Assembly: GCA_001775395.1 (NCBI GenBank)
Contig: MEWP01000130.1
Location: forward strand, 74,921-138,920
Origin: a candidate division Zixibacteria bacterium RBG_16_53_22
Lineage (GTDB): Bacteria; Zixibacteria; MSB-5A5; UBA10806
DNA length: 64,000 bases
Direction of reading: 5' to 3'
Made by a program: the position numbers and the translations under genes. Numbering within the stretch: position 1 is the first letter of the stretch; the number at the start of each line of letters is the position of its first letter. This document shows positions 18,170 through 29,226 of this stretch, piece after piece. The notes beneath the pieces were generated by a model. That model was not told where the DNA came from. It searched no databases and saw nothing but the letters and a program-made list of their open reading frames with translations.

Positions 18170-21100
18170 ATGATCTATCTCCCCTGTCTTATTCTCCTCG
18201 TCACCCTTCAATCATACGCTCAGGCGCCTGATACCAGCATTACAATCCATGGTGGCGGGACGCGCGGCCCATACCAGCTTGGATTCCACAATCTGGTCAC
18301 CGGCTCGATCTCGCTTTTAAGAAACGGCGCGGTCGTTGAGTCAAATGCCTATACCGTGCAGACCGCCGATGGTATCATCAATCTGAATGAGCCGCTCGGC
18401 CTGAATGACTCAATCCTCGTCAGATTTCAATACATTCCGTTGAATCTAAGATCGCAATATTCGATTCATGCCCTCTCGTCCGAAAACAAGATTCCCGCTA
18501 TCGAGCCGGCCGAGCCCGGATCGTTCCGAGGTTTCGGCTCCGATCTCAAAGTCACCGGCAGCAAGGGATTTTCAGTGCAGACCGATGACGGCACTGCCGG
18601 CGGCCTTTCCCAATCGCTGAATCTGTCGATTTCCGGGGAGCTGGCGCCTGGCCTGAGAACCTCCGCCAATGTCTCGGACAAGTCAAATGCTGTCACCGGG
18701 GCTACGCGCCGCCTGAATGAGCTTGATAAAATATATGTTGTGGCTGAATCGGACCATTTCAAAGGCATTTTCGGGGATTTCGATATCGAACAACGACGCG
18801 ATCCCTTGCTTGGCTATCAAAGAAAACTAACCGGCTTGAATGTGCTATATTCGAAACACGGCAACACTATCACCGGCGCGGCGGCGTTCTTTCCCGGCGA
18901 ATTTAGAGCGATCACGATCAACGGACGCGATGGCCGATTGGGACCATATTATTTAACCGATATAGGCGGCCGCCAGGCAGCGTTGGTCCTTCCCGGCTCA
19001 GAGCGAGTTTATATCGATGGCGCGCTCCAGAGTCGTGGCCCGCAAAACGACTATGAGATCGATTACGAGACCGGCACATTCCAGTTTTCGCCATCGAAAG
19101 TGATCCGCGACGAAACCAGGATCACGATCGACTACGAGGTCGCCAGGGAGGAATACAGCCGTGGTTTCTACACTGCCTCGGGCGACGGCAGCCCCGTACG
19201 GGGACTGAGATTCTTTTCGAGTCTTATCCAGGAGGGTGACAACAGAAACTCCCCGAAGAGTTTCGAACTGACTCCGGAGGCGCGGCAAATTCTCGAGCAG
19301 GCCGGGTCTGACAGGTTGCGGGCGGCCCGCAGCGGAGTACAATTTGTCGGGCCCGGCGCCGGAGATTATGATCTCGATTCCACAGTAACGGTCCATTACG
19401 TATACGCCGGGGTCAACCAGGGAAGCTATGATGTCGCATTCTCATTCATCGGCCAGCGGCTTGGGTCATACAGAGCGCTGGGCGGCGGAATTTTTGAATA
19501 TGCCGGCCAGGGTTTGGCAGACTACGAGCCGGTGATCCTCATCCCAATTCCGGAGACAAGGCGCTACGGCTCGGCCGGCGCGGATTGGCGCTCGCCCGAC
19601 AGCGCAATCGCGATCGGAGGAGAGATGGCCGGCTCCCTTTATGACCGCAATACTCTCTCCAGCCACGATAGCCGTCTTAACGATTTAACATTTCTTGGTT
19701 CCGGCGCCTACAGGCGAAACCTGCTCGGAGGATTTATCGGAATCAAGGCTCTTGGGCGGGCGATCGGCAATAACGCCATCTTCCCGGGACGGATCGACGA
19801 CGTCGAACGCTTCCGGAACTACGACCTCGATAGCCAGGCCTCGCCAAACGGCGAACGCGTGCGGGAAATAGAGCTAACCGGCGGGCTTACTAACGACCGG
19901 CAAATAATGATTGAATTGGGTCATCTCACTAAACCGGGCATCACCAGCCGTGGCCGTCAGGCCGCCAACGCCGGTTGGAGGCTCTTCTCGCCTTTCGATA
20001 TCGTCTCCTCGGTGGAACGCACGCGTGGCGACAGGACGTGGTGGAAATCCATGAATGCCATCAGGGCCGCATTCGAATTTGCTCAGCCCTCATTAGGCTT
20101 GAATTTTGAACGTCGCGACGGTGTTGCGGGATTCAAATACTACGAGTACATAGCACGCATTCCGGCGAATTATGCGCGCGATATATCCGGAGCAACCGAG
20201 GTAACTGTCCGCGATGAGAAATTCCTCGATACCGGCTGGCGAGACAAGTTTATGTCTGGCGCGCTTCAGCAGAGAGTCACTTTCCTGATTGCCGGGACTG
20301 GCTTTTCGGGGGACGCCGCTCTCTCATATTATCGAAAAGACTATAAGGATTTTGCCGGGACCGATACCGAGCAAAAAACCGGCTGGACACGTCTCAGTTA
20401 TTCCGATCCCTCGGGCCGGGGCAGCCTGACTATCGGTGAGCGGCTGGGATCATCCAATGAAAGGCTACAGGCGAAAAATTATGTATTTATCGGCGACGGC
20501 CGGGGCGAGTACAGGCTCGAGGACGGCGAATACATCCGCGACCCTCAGGGCGATTATACGCTGATCATCGAGGAACTCGGCGAGGGCGCCAGGATATCTG
20601 AGATCGGGACCGAGATCGATGCCAGTGTCTCGCCCCTCTTGCTGCTCAACAATACCCCAGCAATTGAACAGAAGGCGGGGCGGCTCAGTGTCGAGGCTAA
20701 CCTTGATTACTCCCTGAGGAAATCGTCCGACCGTCTGATTGCCAGGGATTTTATGCCCTGGAAATTCACAGGCCTCGAAAATGTCGCTTTCCAAATTGGC
20801 GAGCTGAAAATGAGGGCATATTACTATCCTGCGATGCGCGACCACCGCATAAAATATAATTTCTCGCGAGCTTTTGAAAATGGAAGCCAATTTGCCAATG
20901 AGCAGAATGACAACATATCGAGGACCGACGAACTTTCATGGGCATTCCCGGCCGGGAAGAAGATCGATCTCATTATCACCGGCCTTTTGGCGCAAACCAG
21001 GCGCTCGATCAATACACTGAAATACACTGTCGACAGGAAGAGCCTCGGCGCTCTGGCGAATTACCATTTCGCGCGGCAGTGGACACTCTCGGCCGGTCCG

Positions 21101-21427
21101 TCTTTCGAGAGGTCCCGGCAAAGCGATATCGGCCTGCGCGCCGACATGCCGGCTTTAGAATTCGGACTGGCGCGCGACCTCGAGAAATCGGGGCGAATCT
21201 CCACCCGCCTCATCTATACGCGTCTTAACGCCAATCCGCTTGATTCCTACGTGCCGTTCCAGGTTGCCCGAGGCAGAGGCAATGGCGACAATTTTGAGGC
21301 TATTATTTCGGCCCGGATGCCGGTCACCAAAAACGGCCGCTTTGATCTCTCCTACAGGCACGAGAGTTTCGCTCACCGCCCGCAGACAAATAACCTTCGC
21401 CTGGAATTCACGGTGCTGTTCCTATGA
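18170..21427 (+). CDS. Large (about 1085 aa mature) secreted/outer-membrane protein of unknown function, C-terminal beta-strand signature '...LRLEFTVLFL'; possible TamB/AsmA-like partner of downstream Omp85 gene (speculative). Track start 17999; signal peptide begins at ATG 18170
   Basis: Signal peptide 'MIYLPCLILLVTLQSYAQA'; long beta-rich sequence, terminal aromatic; stop overlaps start of Omp85 gene (ATGA at 21424-21427). Confidence 0.55.
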   Translation: MIYLPCLILLVTLQSYAQAPDTSITIHGGGTRGPYQLGFHNLVTGSISLLRNGAVVESNAYTVQTADGIINLNEPLGLNDSILVRFQYIPLNLRSQYSIHALSSENKIPAIEPAEPGSFRGFGSDLKVTGSKGFSVQTDDGTAGGLSQSLNLSISGELAPGLRTSANVSDKSNAVTGATRRLNELDKIYVVAESDHFKGIFGDFDIEQRRDPLLGYQRKLTGLNVLYSKHGNTITGAAAFFPGEFRAITINGRDGRLGPYYLTDIGGRQAALVLPGSERVYIDGALQSRGPQNDYEIDYETGTFQFSPSKVIRDETRITIDYEVAREEYSRGFYTASGDGSPVRGLRFFSSLIQEGDNRNSPKSFELTPEARQILEQAGSDRLRAARSGVQFVGPGAGDYDLDSTVTVHYVYAGVNQGSYDVAFSFIGQRLGSYRALGGGIFEYAGQGLADYEPVILIPIPETRRYGSAGADWRSPDSAIAIGGEMAGSLYDRNTLSSHDSRLNDLTFLGSGAYRRNLLGGFIGIKALGRAIGNNAIFPGRIDDVERFRNYDLDSQASPNGERVREIELTGGLTNDRQIMIELGHLTKPGITSRGRQAANAGWRLFSPFDIVSSVERTRGDRTWWKSMNAIRAAFEFAQPSLGLNFERRDGVAGFKYYEYIARIPANYARDISGATEVTVRDEKFLDTGWRDKFMSGALQQRVTFLIAGTGFSGDAALSYYRKDYKDFAGTDTEQKTGWTRLSYSDPSGRGSLTIGERLGSSNERLQAKNYVFIGDGRGEYRLEDGEYIRDPQGDYTLIIEELGEGARISEIGTEIDASVSPLLLLNNTPAIEQKAGRLSVEANLDYSLRKSSDRLIARDFMPWKFTGLENVAFQIGELKMRAYYYPAMRDHRIKYNFSRAFENGSQFANEQNDNISRTDELSWAFPAGKKIDLIITGLLAQTRRSINTLKYTVDRKSLGALANYHFARQWTLSAGPSFERSRQSDIGLRADMPALEFGLARDLEKSGRISTRLIYTRLNANPLDSYVPFQVARGRGNGDNFEAIISARMPVTKNGRFDLSYRHESFAHRPQTNNLRLEFTVLFL

Positions 21428-23094
21428 GGCGCTTGAAACCGCTATTATTAATTTTATTCATAGTTTGGCCGATGATCAGCGCCCAGGCAATTGAGATTTC
21501 CGGCAACCGCCTCTTCTCCGATGCCCAGATCAAACAACGGATCGCGCAAACGATGTCGGATGACTCGCTCATTTCCCGGATAACTGAGCTCTATAGAAAT
21601 GCCGGCTATTTCAATGTTACTATCGAGAAAACCATCCTCCTCTCCGATGGTGACTGGGAGGTTGTCTTGCGCGAGGGCAAACCGGCCGTGGTGGCCGCCG
21701 TTTCGGTGGAAATCACTCCACCCGATTCGATGCTATCATTCGACGATCTTGCTTCGGAGCTAACCGGTAAAGATGCCTCCGAGGGCAACTTCAATCATTT
21801 CGCCGAGAGATGTATCGGCAGAATGGCGGAGATGGGGCGCCCATTCGCCAGCGGCCGTTGGCGTGAGTTCGAGATGAATCCAGATGGCGGCATAACAGCC
21901 TCCTTGCGCATTTTACCGGGGCCTGTGAGTCGCGTCGCCGGCACGATATTCGAAGGCATGAAGCGAACCAGGCCGAGAAATCTCTATCGAATGCTGACCT
22001 ATGTGCCCGGCCAGCTCTATTCTGAGTCAAGGGCCAGTGAATCGGAGCGATTAATCGACAGAATGCCCTATGTCGATATTGCCGCGCCGTTCGAAATACA
22101 GCCATTCTCCGACGGCGACACCTGCTACGTCGTTTATCATATTCGCGAGGTCCCCTCGACCAGGTTTAACGGCGCCGCCGGATTGGCATCGTCCACAGGC
22201 AAGGAGGCTTTTGTCGGAAGATTGGATATCGAGTTCGGCGATATTCTCGGTACCGGGCGCTCGTTCGGTTTAAGATGGAACAGGAAAGACAGTCATTCAA
22301 GCGAATTGAGCCTCGATTATCTCGAGCCTTACCTGCTCCAGAGCGATTTCGATCTCCGGCTCGAAATTTCGCAGGTCGATCGCGATACTACTTTCATAAA
22401 AACCGCTGGACGAGTTGGCATCCTGCGTTCGTTTCGATCAGGGTTATCCGGAAGCTTGTGGCTTGGTGTCGAGCGAACCGCGCCGGAGTCGACAAGCGAT
22501 ATTCTCCGTTCCAATGCCAGATCAGTTGCGGCCGAATTTGATTATGACAAAACCGATAACCCTCTCAACCCTCGATCCGGTTACGGCATTTCGTCAAGTG
22601 TCGGATACAAATACAGAACCAATATGATATCCGATTCCATCACTTTCGATCCACCTCGGAAAATAACAACCGCCGGTATGGGCGGACGATATCTCCTCGG
22701 GGTGTCACGACGGTTTATATTCGCTCTGGCGTGTCAGGCCTGGGGCGTGGTGTCAAGCGATGGCCTGGTGTCGCGCGACGAATTTGCGTACCTGGGCGGA
22801 TTCGATAATCTGCGCGGCTATGCTGAAAAACGTTTTCCCGCATACCGCTATTTCCTGGCCTCGTTCGAACCCAGAATCATCACCAGCCAGGGCAGCCGCG
22901 TTTATTTGTTCGCCGACCTGGCCCAAATAAAAGACTCGCAAAATCAATCATCCGATTATAAATTTTACCCCGGCTATGGCTTCGGGGCTGTGGCGCCATC
23001 GGCCCTGGGCCAGTTCAAAGTCGAAATAGGCTGGGGTAAGAGCGGATTCCCGGGTGAGGGCGTCTTGAACTTCGGCCTGATCAGTCAATTCTGA
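21424..23094 (+). CDS. Omp85-family outer membrane protein (TamA/BamA-like; POTRA + bacterial surface antigen barrel)
   Basis: Signal peptide; POTRA-like 'ISGNRLFSDAQIKQRI...LYRNAGYFNVTIE'; C-terminal barrel 'YPGYGFGAVAPSALGQFKVEIGWGK...LNFGLISQF' ending in Phe; 556 aa. Confidence 0.8.
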   Translation: MRRLKPLLLILFIVWPMISAQAIEISGNRLFSDAQIKQRIAQTMSDDSLISRITELYRNAGYFNVTIEKTILLSDGDWEVVLREGKPAVVAAVSVEITPPDSMLSFDDLASELTGKDASEGNFNHFAERCIGRMAEMGRPFASGRWREFEMNPDGGITASLRILPGPVSRVAGTIFEGMKRTRPRNLYRMLTYVPGQLYSESRASESERLIDRMPYVDIAAPFEIQPFSDGDTCYVVYHIREVPSTRFNGAAGLASSTGKEAFVGRLDIEFGDILGTGRSFGLRWNRKDSHSSELSLDYLEPYLLQSDFDLRLEISQVDRDTTFIKTAGRVGILRSFRSGLSGSLWLGVERTAPESTSDILRSNARSVAAEFDYDKTDNPLNPRSGYGISSSVGYKYRTNMISDSITFDPPRKITTAGMGGRYLLGVSRRFIFALACQAWGVVSSDGLVSRDEFAYLGGFDNLRGYAEKRFPAYRYFLASFEPRIITSQGSRVYLFADLAQIKDSQNQSSDYKFYPGYGFGAVAPSALGQFKVEIGWGKSGFPGEGVLNFGLISQF

Positions 23095-23132
23095 TTCCTT
23101 GGACAGCCGGTATGGGCCCTTGATATTAACTC

Positions 23133-23975
23133 ATGAAAACATTTACCGAATATTTGAAACTTTCCAGGCCTATCAACTGCATAATCACATTTATGTCGGT
23201 CTGGGTGGCCGCAATTATTGCCGACAATATTTTTTTCTCCCAGCGGATCGTTCTGGCTTCGGTCTCGGCCGGCCTGATCGCCGCTTACGGCAACATTGTT
23301 AACGACATTTTCGATATAAAGGTCGACCGCCTCAGCAAGCCGAATCGCCCGCTGGTGAAAGGCATAGTCGGCAGGCGCGGTGCCTTGATTCTGGCGATAG
23401 TCTTCTGCGTAACAGGCCTGGCCCTGTCGTTCGGGGTTGGCGGCTCGGCCCCCGTTGTCGCGTCCGTGTCGGCACTGCTTCTCTTGTTGTATACCCCTCT
23501 GCTTAAGGGAGTCCCCTTTTTGGGAAACCTGACTGTGGCATTCGTGGCTTCGCTGGCTTTCATATACGGCGGTATGGCGGTCGATAAGCCTTTCGGAGCG
23601 CTGATACTCTCGGTGTTTGCGTTCCTCGTTCATCTTGGACGCGAGCTTGTCAAGGACATCGAGGATCGCCTGGCCGATTCCAGGGTCGGCCATCGAACCG
23701 CGGCCACACTTGGTAATGCGCGGTTCGCGAGGTTAGCGGCCATAGCCGCAATAGTGGCGCTGATTGTGGCCACGTTCATACCGGTGGCGATCGGGCTCTA
23801 TGGCGCCGGATATTTCCTGGTGATATTAATCGGCGTCGATTTCTTCCTGGTGGAGTCGGCCCATCTGCTGGCCCGCACCAAGAACGAGCCCGAGATGCAT
23901 CGCATCGCTGTCTGGCTCAAGATCGCCATGCCGTTGGGGCTTCTGGCCGTGCTCTTGGGGCATTTGGGGTGGTAG
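23133..23975 (+). CDS. UbiA-family prenyltransferase (polytopic membrane)
   Basis: 'GNIVNDIFDIKVDRLSKPNRPLVKG' = NDxxDxxxD UbiA motif; 8-9 TM helices; 280 aa. Confidence 0.8.
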   Translation: MKTFTEYLKLSRPINCIITFMSVWVAAIIADNIFFSQRIVLASVSAGLIAAYGNIVNDIFDIKVDRLSKPNRPLVKGIVGRRGALILAIVFCVTGLALSFGVGGSAPVVASVSALLLLLYTPLLKGVPFLGNLTVAFVASLAFIYGGMAVDKPFGALILSVFAFLVHLGRELVKDIEDRLADSRVGHRTAATLGNARFARLAAIAAIVALIVATFIPVAIGLYGAGYFLVILIGVDFFLVESAHLLARTKNEPEMHRIAVWLKIAMPLGLLAVLLGHLGW

Positions 23976-24157
23976 AGAGGAGGTTAAGACCCCTGCGGCC
24001 TTGACTATTTCTATACTGTCATAATTTCAAATAGCTGAATAATACGAAACCACATCGGTTTCGGCTGAAAAGTGCATTTGTATTACGCACCGCCCAAGTT
24101 CTGATTTTATCGGCGTTATTTTAGCTGACTCATCCATAGATTGTCCCGTCCCCCTTC

Positions 24158-24186
24158 TTGACATCCATCGTCCACTTCCCTATTTT
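24158..24186 (+). promoter_or_regulatory. Sigma-70-like promoter upstream of Bat operon: -35 TTGACA (24158-24163), 17-nt spacer, -10 TATTTT (24181-24186)
   Basis: Hexamers read directly; roughly 100 nt upstream of moxR ATG (24286). Confidence 0.4.
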
Positions 24187-24252
24187 GGCATTTTGCCTAT
24201 GAGCAACCCATCGTTTTGATTCGGAAAAACGGAACAATCGTAGGCTCTTGGC

Positions 24253-24260
24253 TGTATAAT
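24253..24260 (+). promoter_or_regulatory. Alternative/second promoter element: TG-TATAAT (24253-24260) 25 nt upstream of moxR ATG, GGAGG SD at 24275-24279
   Basis: Perfect TATAAT hexamer with adjacent TG; weak -35. Confidence 0.35.
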
Positions 24261-24285
24261 CGAAATTGAACTTTGGAGGTCATAG

Positions 24286-25272
<987 letters not shown>

Positions 25273-25382
25273 TAGCGAGTAGCCAATAGCCAGCAGCGAA
25301 AAATGCAGGGGCGCAGCATGCTGCGCCCGATATTCTGTAAAATATAAACAGATGTGTCAGGTCTGAAGACCCGACACCACCG

Positions 25383-26288
25383 TTGAACCAAGCAAGGTAT
25401 TGCAATATGCTCCCACGGGAGATACTAAAAAAAGTACGACGTATCGAAATCAGAACATCTCGCATGGTAAACGAGGTGTTCTCGGGTGAATACCATTCCA
25501 TCTTCAAGGGGCTGGGGATGGAGTTCTCCGAGGTGCGCGAGTATCAGCCGGGCGATGATATCCGTAATATCGACTGGAATGTCACGGCCCGATATGGACA
25601 TCCGTTCCTGAAGGTCTACCGCGAGGAGCGCGAGCTGACAGTCATGATAATGGTTGACCTTTCGGCCTCGCAGCGGTTCGGCACCGGGGCACGCTTCAAA
25701 ACCGAGGCTGCTGCCGAGATCGCCGCCATCCTGTCGCTGGCCGCGATCAAGAATAACGATAAGGTGGGCCTGCTGATATATACCGATCGGATCGAGAAAT
25801 ATATCCCTCCCAAGAAAGGGCGAAACCATGTCCTGCGGCTGATTCGCGAGATCATCTATTTTAAGCCCGAGGGGCGCGGGACCAATACCGCCGCGGCGCT
25901 GGAATATCTGTTGGGTGTCGTAAAGAAGAGATGCGTCCTGTTCCTGATATCGGACTTTATCGATCAGGATTACGAGAAGCCTCTTTCCCTGGCGGCGCGC
26001 AAGCACGACCTGATCGCTCTCAGGCTCAGTGACCCCCTGGAGATCAAATTCCCAAAGGCCGGCCTGATACGCTTTTTCGACCTGGAAACGGGGCAGGAAC
26101 GATTGATCGACACCTCGAGCGCGGAATTCAAGCGGCAGTTTGTGGCGAGGATCCAGGTGCGCAATATGGCGTTCGATAAAATGACCAAGAAGATGGCGAT
26201 TGACCGGGTCTTCATCCCCGCCGGCGGCGATTACTCAGCGCCCCTGTTCAGGTTTTTCGAAATGAGGGCCAAGAGGATAAGGCATTAG
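25383..26288 (+). CDS. DUF58 family protein (vWA-like, MoxR partner)
   Basis: 'NIDWNVTARYGHPFLKVYREERELTVMIMVDLSASQRFG' DUF58 signature; follows moxR. Confidence 0.9.
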   Translation: MNQARYCNMLPREILKKVRRIEIRTSRMVNEVFSGEYHSIFKGLGMEFSEVREYQPGDDIRNIDWNVTARYGHPFLKVYREERELTVMIMVDLSASQRFGTGARFKTEAAAEIAAILSLAAIKNNDKVGLLIYTDRIEKYIPPKKGRNHVLRLIREIIYFKPEGRGTNTAAALEYLLGVVKKRCVLFLISDFIDQDYEKPLSLAARKHDLIALRLSDPLEIKFPKAGLIRFFDLETGQERLIDTSSAEFKRQFVARIQVRNMAFDKMTKKMAIDRVFIPAGGDYSAPLFRFFEMRAKRIRH

Positions 26289-26291
26289 GAA

Positions 26292-27230
26292 ATGGCAATT
26301 TCCAGATTTAGAAATAGCTTTACGGTTAGCTTAGCATTCCTATGGCCAACAATAGCTTATGCCATATCTATTAAACCATCAATTGATACCAAGAACCTGA
26401 CTGTTGGCGACAAATTCGTTTATAAGAACGAGGTTCCCTCTGTCTCGACAATCGAGCCGATGCCGTTGGAGGAGAAGCTCGGAGATGCGATTGTCCTCTC
26501 CCCAATATTCAAGGTGAAAAAGCCGAAATCGGACGTTGAGGTGTTCGCCTGCACGCTGGCTGTCTATCAGCCGGGCGAGGCCGGGATACCGACCTTTTCC
26601 TTCCGTCATACCAACTCCCCTGACACGACCACCTTTTCCGGCGATACCCTGACTTTGAATATCGCCAGCGTCCTGCCGCCAGATACCACCGGCTTGCAGA
26701 TGGCCGATATCCGCGGCCCCAGGCGCCTGCGCGGCCCGACATGGCCGTATCTTTTAGCCCCGATTGTCGCGGTGCTGATCGCACTTGGTATAATATGGCT
26801 TCGCAAGAAATTCCGGCGAGAAGTTTTAGAACCTTCGGTTCCCCCTATGCCACCGTGGGAGATGGCTTTCAAACGACTCGATCAACTCAAGGCCTCGCGC
26901 CATCTCGATTACGGGCGGTTCAAACAGTTCTATTTTGAGCTCTCGATGATAACCCGGGGCTATATCGAGGGGCGATTCGAAACGCCGGCCGTGGAAAACA
27001 CAACATACGAGCTTGAAAATGACGCCAGGCTCCAGGCATTGGAGCCTCACCTTTACGAGAGGCTATTCGAATTGTTCATTCGCGCCGACCTGGCCAAATT
27101 CGCGAAATCGATACCTACTGTCAAAGAAGCCGAATCCGACCTGACTTTTGCCTATGATTTCGTGATTCGTACCAAGCCGGCGCCGGTTGCGCCCGAGAGC
27201 GAGAAGGTCACAGAGGAGATTAAAGCGTAA
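26292..27230 (+). CDS. Bat-operon membrane protein, DUF4381-like C-terminal half with BatD-like N-terminal extracytoplasmic region
   Basis: Signal peptide, single TM 'WPYLLAPIVAVLIALGIIWL', then 'PPMPPWEMAFKRLDQL...FKQFYFELSMITRGYIEGRFETPAVENTTYEL' resembling DUF4381; operon position between DUF58 and batA. Confidence 0.55.
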   Translation: MAISRFRNSFTVSLAFLWPTIAYAISIKPSIDTKNLTVGDKFVYKNEVPSVSTIEPMPLEEKLGDAIVLSPIFKVKKPKSDVEVFACTLAVYQPGEAGIPTFSFRHTNSPDTTTFSGDTLTLNIASVLPPDTTGLQMADIRGPRRLRGPTWPYLLAPIVAVLIALGIIWLRKKFRREVLEPSVPPMPPWEMAFKRLDQLKASRHLDYGRFKQFYFELSMITRGYIEGRFETPAVENTTYELENDARLQALEPHLYERLFELFIRADLAKFAKSIPTVKEAESDLTFAYDFVIRTKPAPVAPESEKVTEEIKA

Positions 27231-28225
27231 TGTTCCGATTCAAAGACCCGCTCTGGCTTCTGCTCTTGCTGCTTCCGGCGGCATATATCTATATGCGATA
27301 CTTCACCAGCTTTCTCAAGCCGCCGTCGATTCCTTACTCGGATCTGAGGCTGTTCGATCATATCGGCTCATCCTGGCGGACAAGGCTGGCGGCCGCTATG
27401 CCGGTGCTCAAGGCGATCGGTATGGCGCTGCTCATAGTCGCGCTGGCGCGGCCGCAGTCGGGGTATGGCGACTCCAAGCAATCGGTCGAGGGTGTCGATA
27501 TCATGCTGGCGCTCGATATCTCCGGCAGCATGAAGGCCGAGGATTTCAAGCCGAAAAATCGACTTAATGTGGCTAAAGAGGTAATCCGCAATTTCATCAA
27601 GGGGCGCGAAAGCGACAGGCTGGGGCTGGTGGTATTTGCCCGTCGAAGCTTCACTCAATGCCCCCTGACAACAGATTACGACCTCTTAATCAGCCTGCTC
27701 AATCGGGTCGATTTCGGCATGGTTGAGGACCGCACCGCCATCGGCCTGGCGATTGCCAACGCCGCCAATCGACTTAAGGAGTCGAACGCCAAATCGAAGA
27801 TCATAATCCTGCTTACCGATGGCGTCAACAACGTCGATGATCTCAGCCCTCTCGACGCCGCCAAGGCCGCCACCGCTCTCGGGACAAAGATTTATACCAT
27901 TGGCGCCGGAAGGCCCGGGCTGGTCGATATACCGGTTGATGATCCGTTCGGCGGAGTTCGCTATATCCAACAAAAATCGGAAATCGACGAAGAAACTTTA
28001 AAGCAGATAGCCGATATCAGCGGCGGCAAGTTCTATAGGGCTACAGACGAGACAACTCTGCAGGAAATTTATAATCAGATATCGAAGCTGGAGAAAACCA
28101 AAATCGAGGTCCAGCGCTTCTACCGATATAATGAGCTTTTCGGCCAGTTTCTGGTAATGGGGCTTTCGCTCCTCCTTGCTGAGCTCATTTTCTCGAAATC
28201 GATTGTTGGAGGTATTCCCGAATGA
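27230..28225 (+). CDS. batA: BatA (vWA domain membrane protein, aerotolerance operon)
   Basis: 'MFRFKDPLWLLLLLLPAAYIYMRY' characteristic BatA N-terminus, 2 TM, vWA 'LDISGSM', 'ILLTDGVNN'. Confidence 0.9.
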   Translation: MFRFKDPLWLLLLLLPAAYIYMRYFTSFLKPPSIPYSDLRLFDHIGSSWRTRLAAAMPVLKAIGMALLIVALARPQSGYGDSKQSVEGVDIMLALDISGSMKAEDFKPKNRLNVAKEVIRNFIKGRESDRLGLVVFARRSFTQCPLTTDYDLLISLLNRVDFGMVEDRTAIGLAIANAANRLKESNAKSKIIILLTDGVNNVDDLSPLDAAKAATALGTKIYTIGAGRPGLVDIPVDDPFGGVRYIQQKSEIDEETLKQIADISGGKFYRATDETTLQEIYNQISKLEKTKIEVQRFYRYNELFGQFLVMGLSLLLAELIFSKSIVGGIPE

Positions 28226-29226
28226 GATTCTATTCGGTTGGATACCTTTATCTATTGCTGGCGCTACCCCTTTTTCTCGCATTAGCCCTGCTCTTCGGCA
28301 AGGTCCGCAAGGCGCGCGCTAATAGAATAGGCAATCCCGATACTATCGGCAGGCTGTTCGGCCGAGTGCATGTAACCAACGCGAACATGGCCATGATAGT
28401 CTTCCTGGTCGGACTGGCCTTCATCATAGCGGCCATGGCGCGCCCCCAATACCCCGGTGGGGTCGAGCGAGTGGAGGCGCGCGGCGGTAAGGTCGTAATC
28501 GCCCTCGACATATCATTGTCGATGCTGGCCCAGGATTTCCAGCCCAACCGCCTCGAGAAAGCCAAGCGCGAGATAATCGCCCTGGTGGAGAAACTCAAGG
28601 CCCAGTCGATGGGGTTGGTAGTGTTCGCGGGCGAGGCTTTTGTGCAATGCCCGCCGACAATCGATTACTCGGCATTCAGGCTTTTTCTCGATGTGGCATC
28701 CGTGGGCATGATCTCCGATACCGGAACCGACCTGGCCGACGCAATCAATGTTTCGACAGTCCTTCTCGATGACGGCTCGAATGTCGATAAGGCCATAGTA
28801 TTATTCACCGACGGCGAGATTTTCGAGGGCGACCCCGAGAAAGCGGCCTCGGAGGCGGCCGATAAAGGAATCAGGATATTCACGGTCGGCGTGGGAAGCA
28901 ACAGCGGCCGGCCGATACCCGAAATGAAGGGCGCCAGCGGGCTGAAGAAGAACAGCGAGGGCGAGATAGTCATTTCGCGGCTCAACGAGGAGCTCCTTGC
29001 CAGAACTGCCGATAAGGGAAACGGGAAATTCTATCGAGCCACGCCGGGAGAATCGGAGTTAGATGATATCTATGCCGATATCAAAGGCCTGAAAGGCGAG
29101 GAGAAAGAGACCAAATTCCGCACGATATACGCAGAGAAATATCGCTGGTTCCTTCTTCCAGGATTGGCCCTGATAGCGGCGGCTTCATTCATTCCGATGT
29201 CGAGGAGGGATGAATATGACAGTTAA
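28222..29226 (+). CDS. batB: BatB (vWA domain membrane protein)
   Basis: N-terminal TM, vWA 'ALDISLSM', 'IVLFTDGE'; 4-nt overlap with batA. Confidence 0.9.
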   Translation: MRFYSVGYLYLLLALPLFLALALLFGKVRKARANRIGNPDTIGRLFGRVHVTNANMAMIVFLVGLAFIIAAMARPQYPGGVERVEARGGKVVIALDISLSMLAQDFQPNRLEKAKREIIALVEKLKAQSMGLVVFAGEAFVQCPPTIDYSAFRLFLDVASVGMISDTGTDLADAINVSTVLLDDGSNVDKAIVLFTDGEIFEGDPEKAASEAADKGIRIFTVGVGSNSGRPIPEMKGASGLKKNSEGEIVISRLNEELLARTADKGNGKFYRATPGESELDDIYADIKGLKGEEKETKFRTIYAEKYRWFLLPGLALIAAASFIPMSRRDEYDS

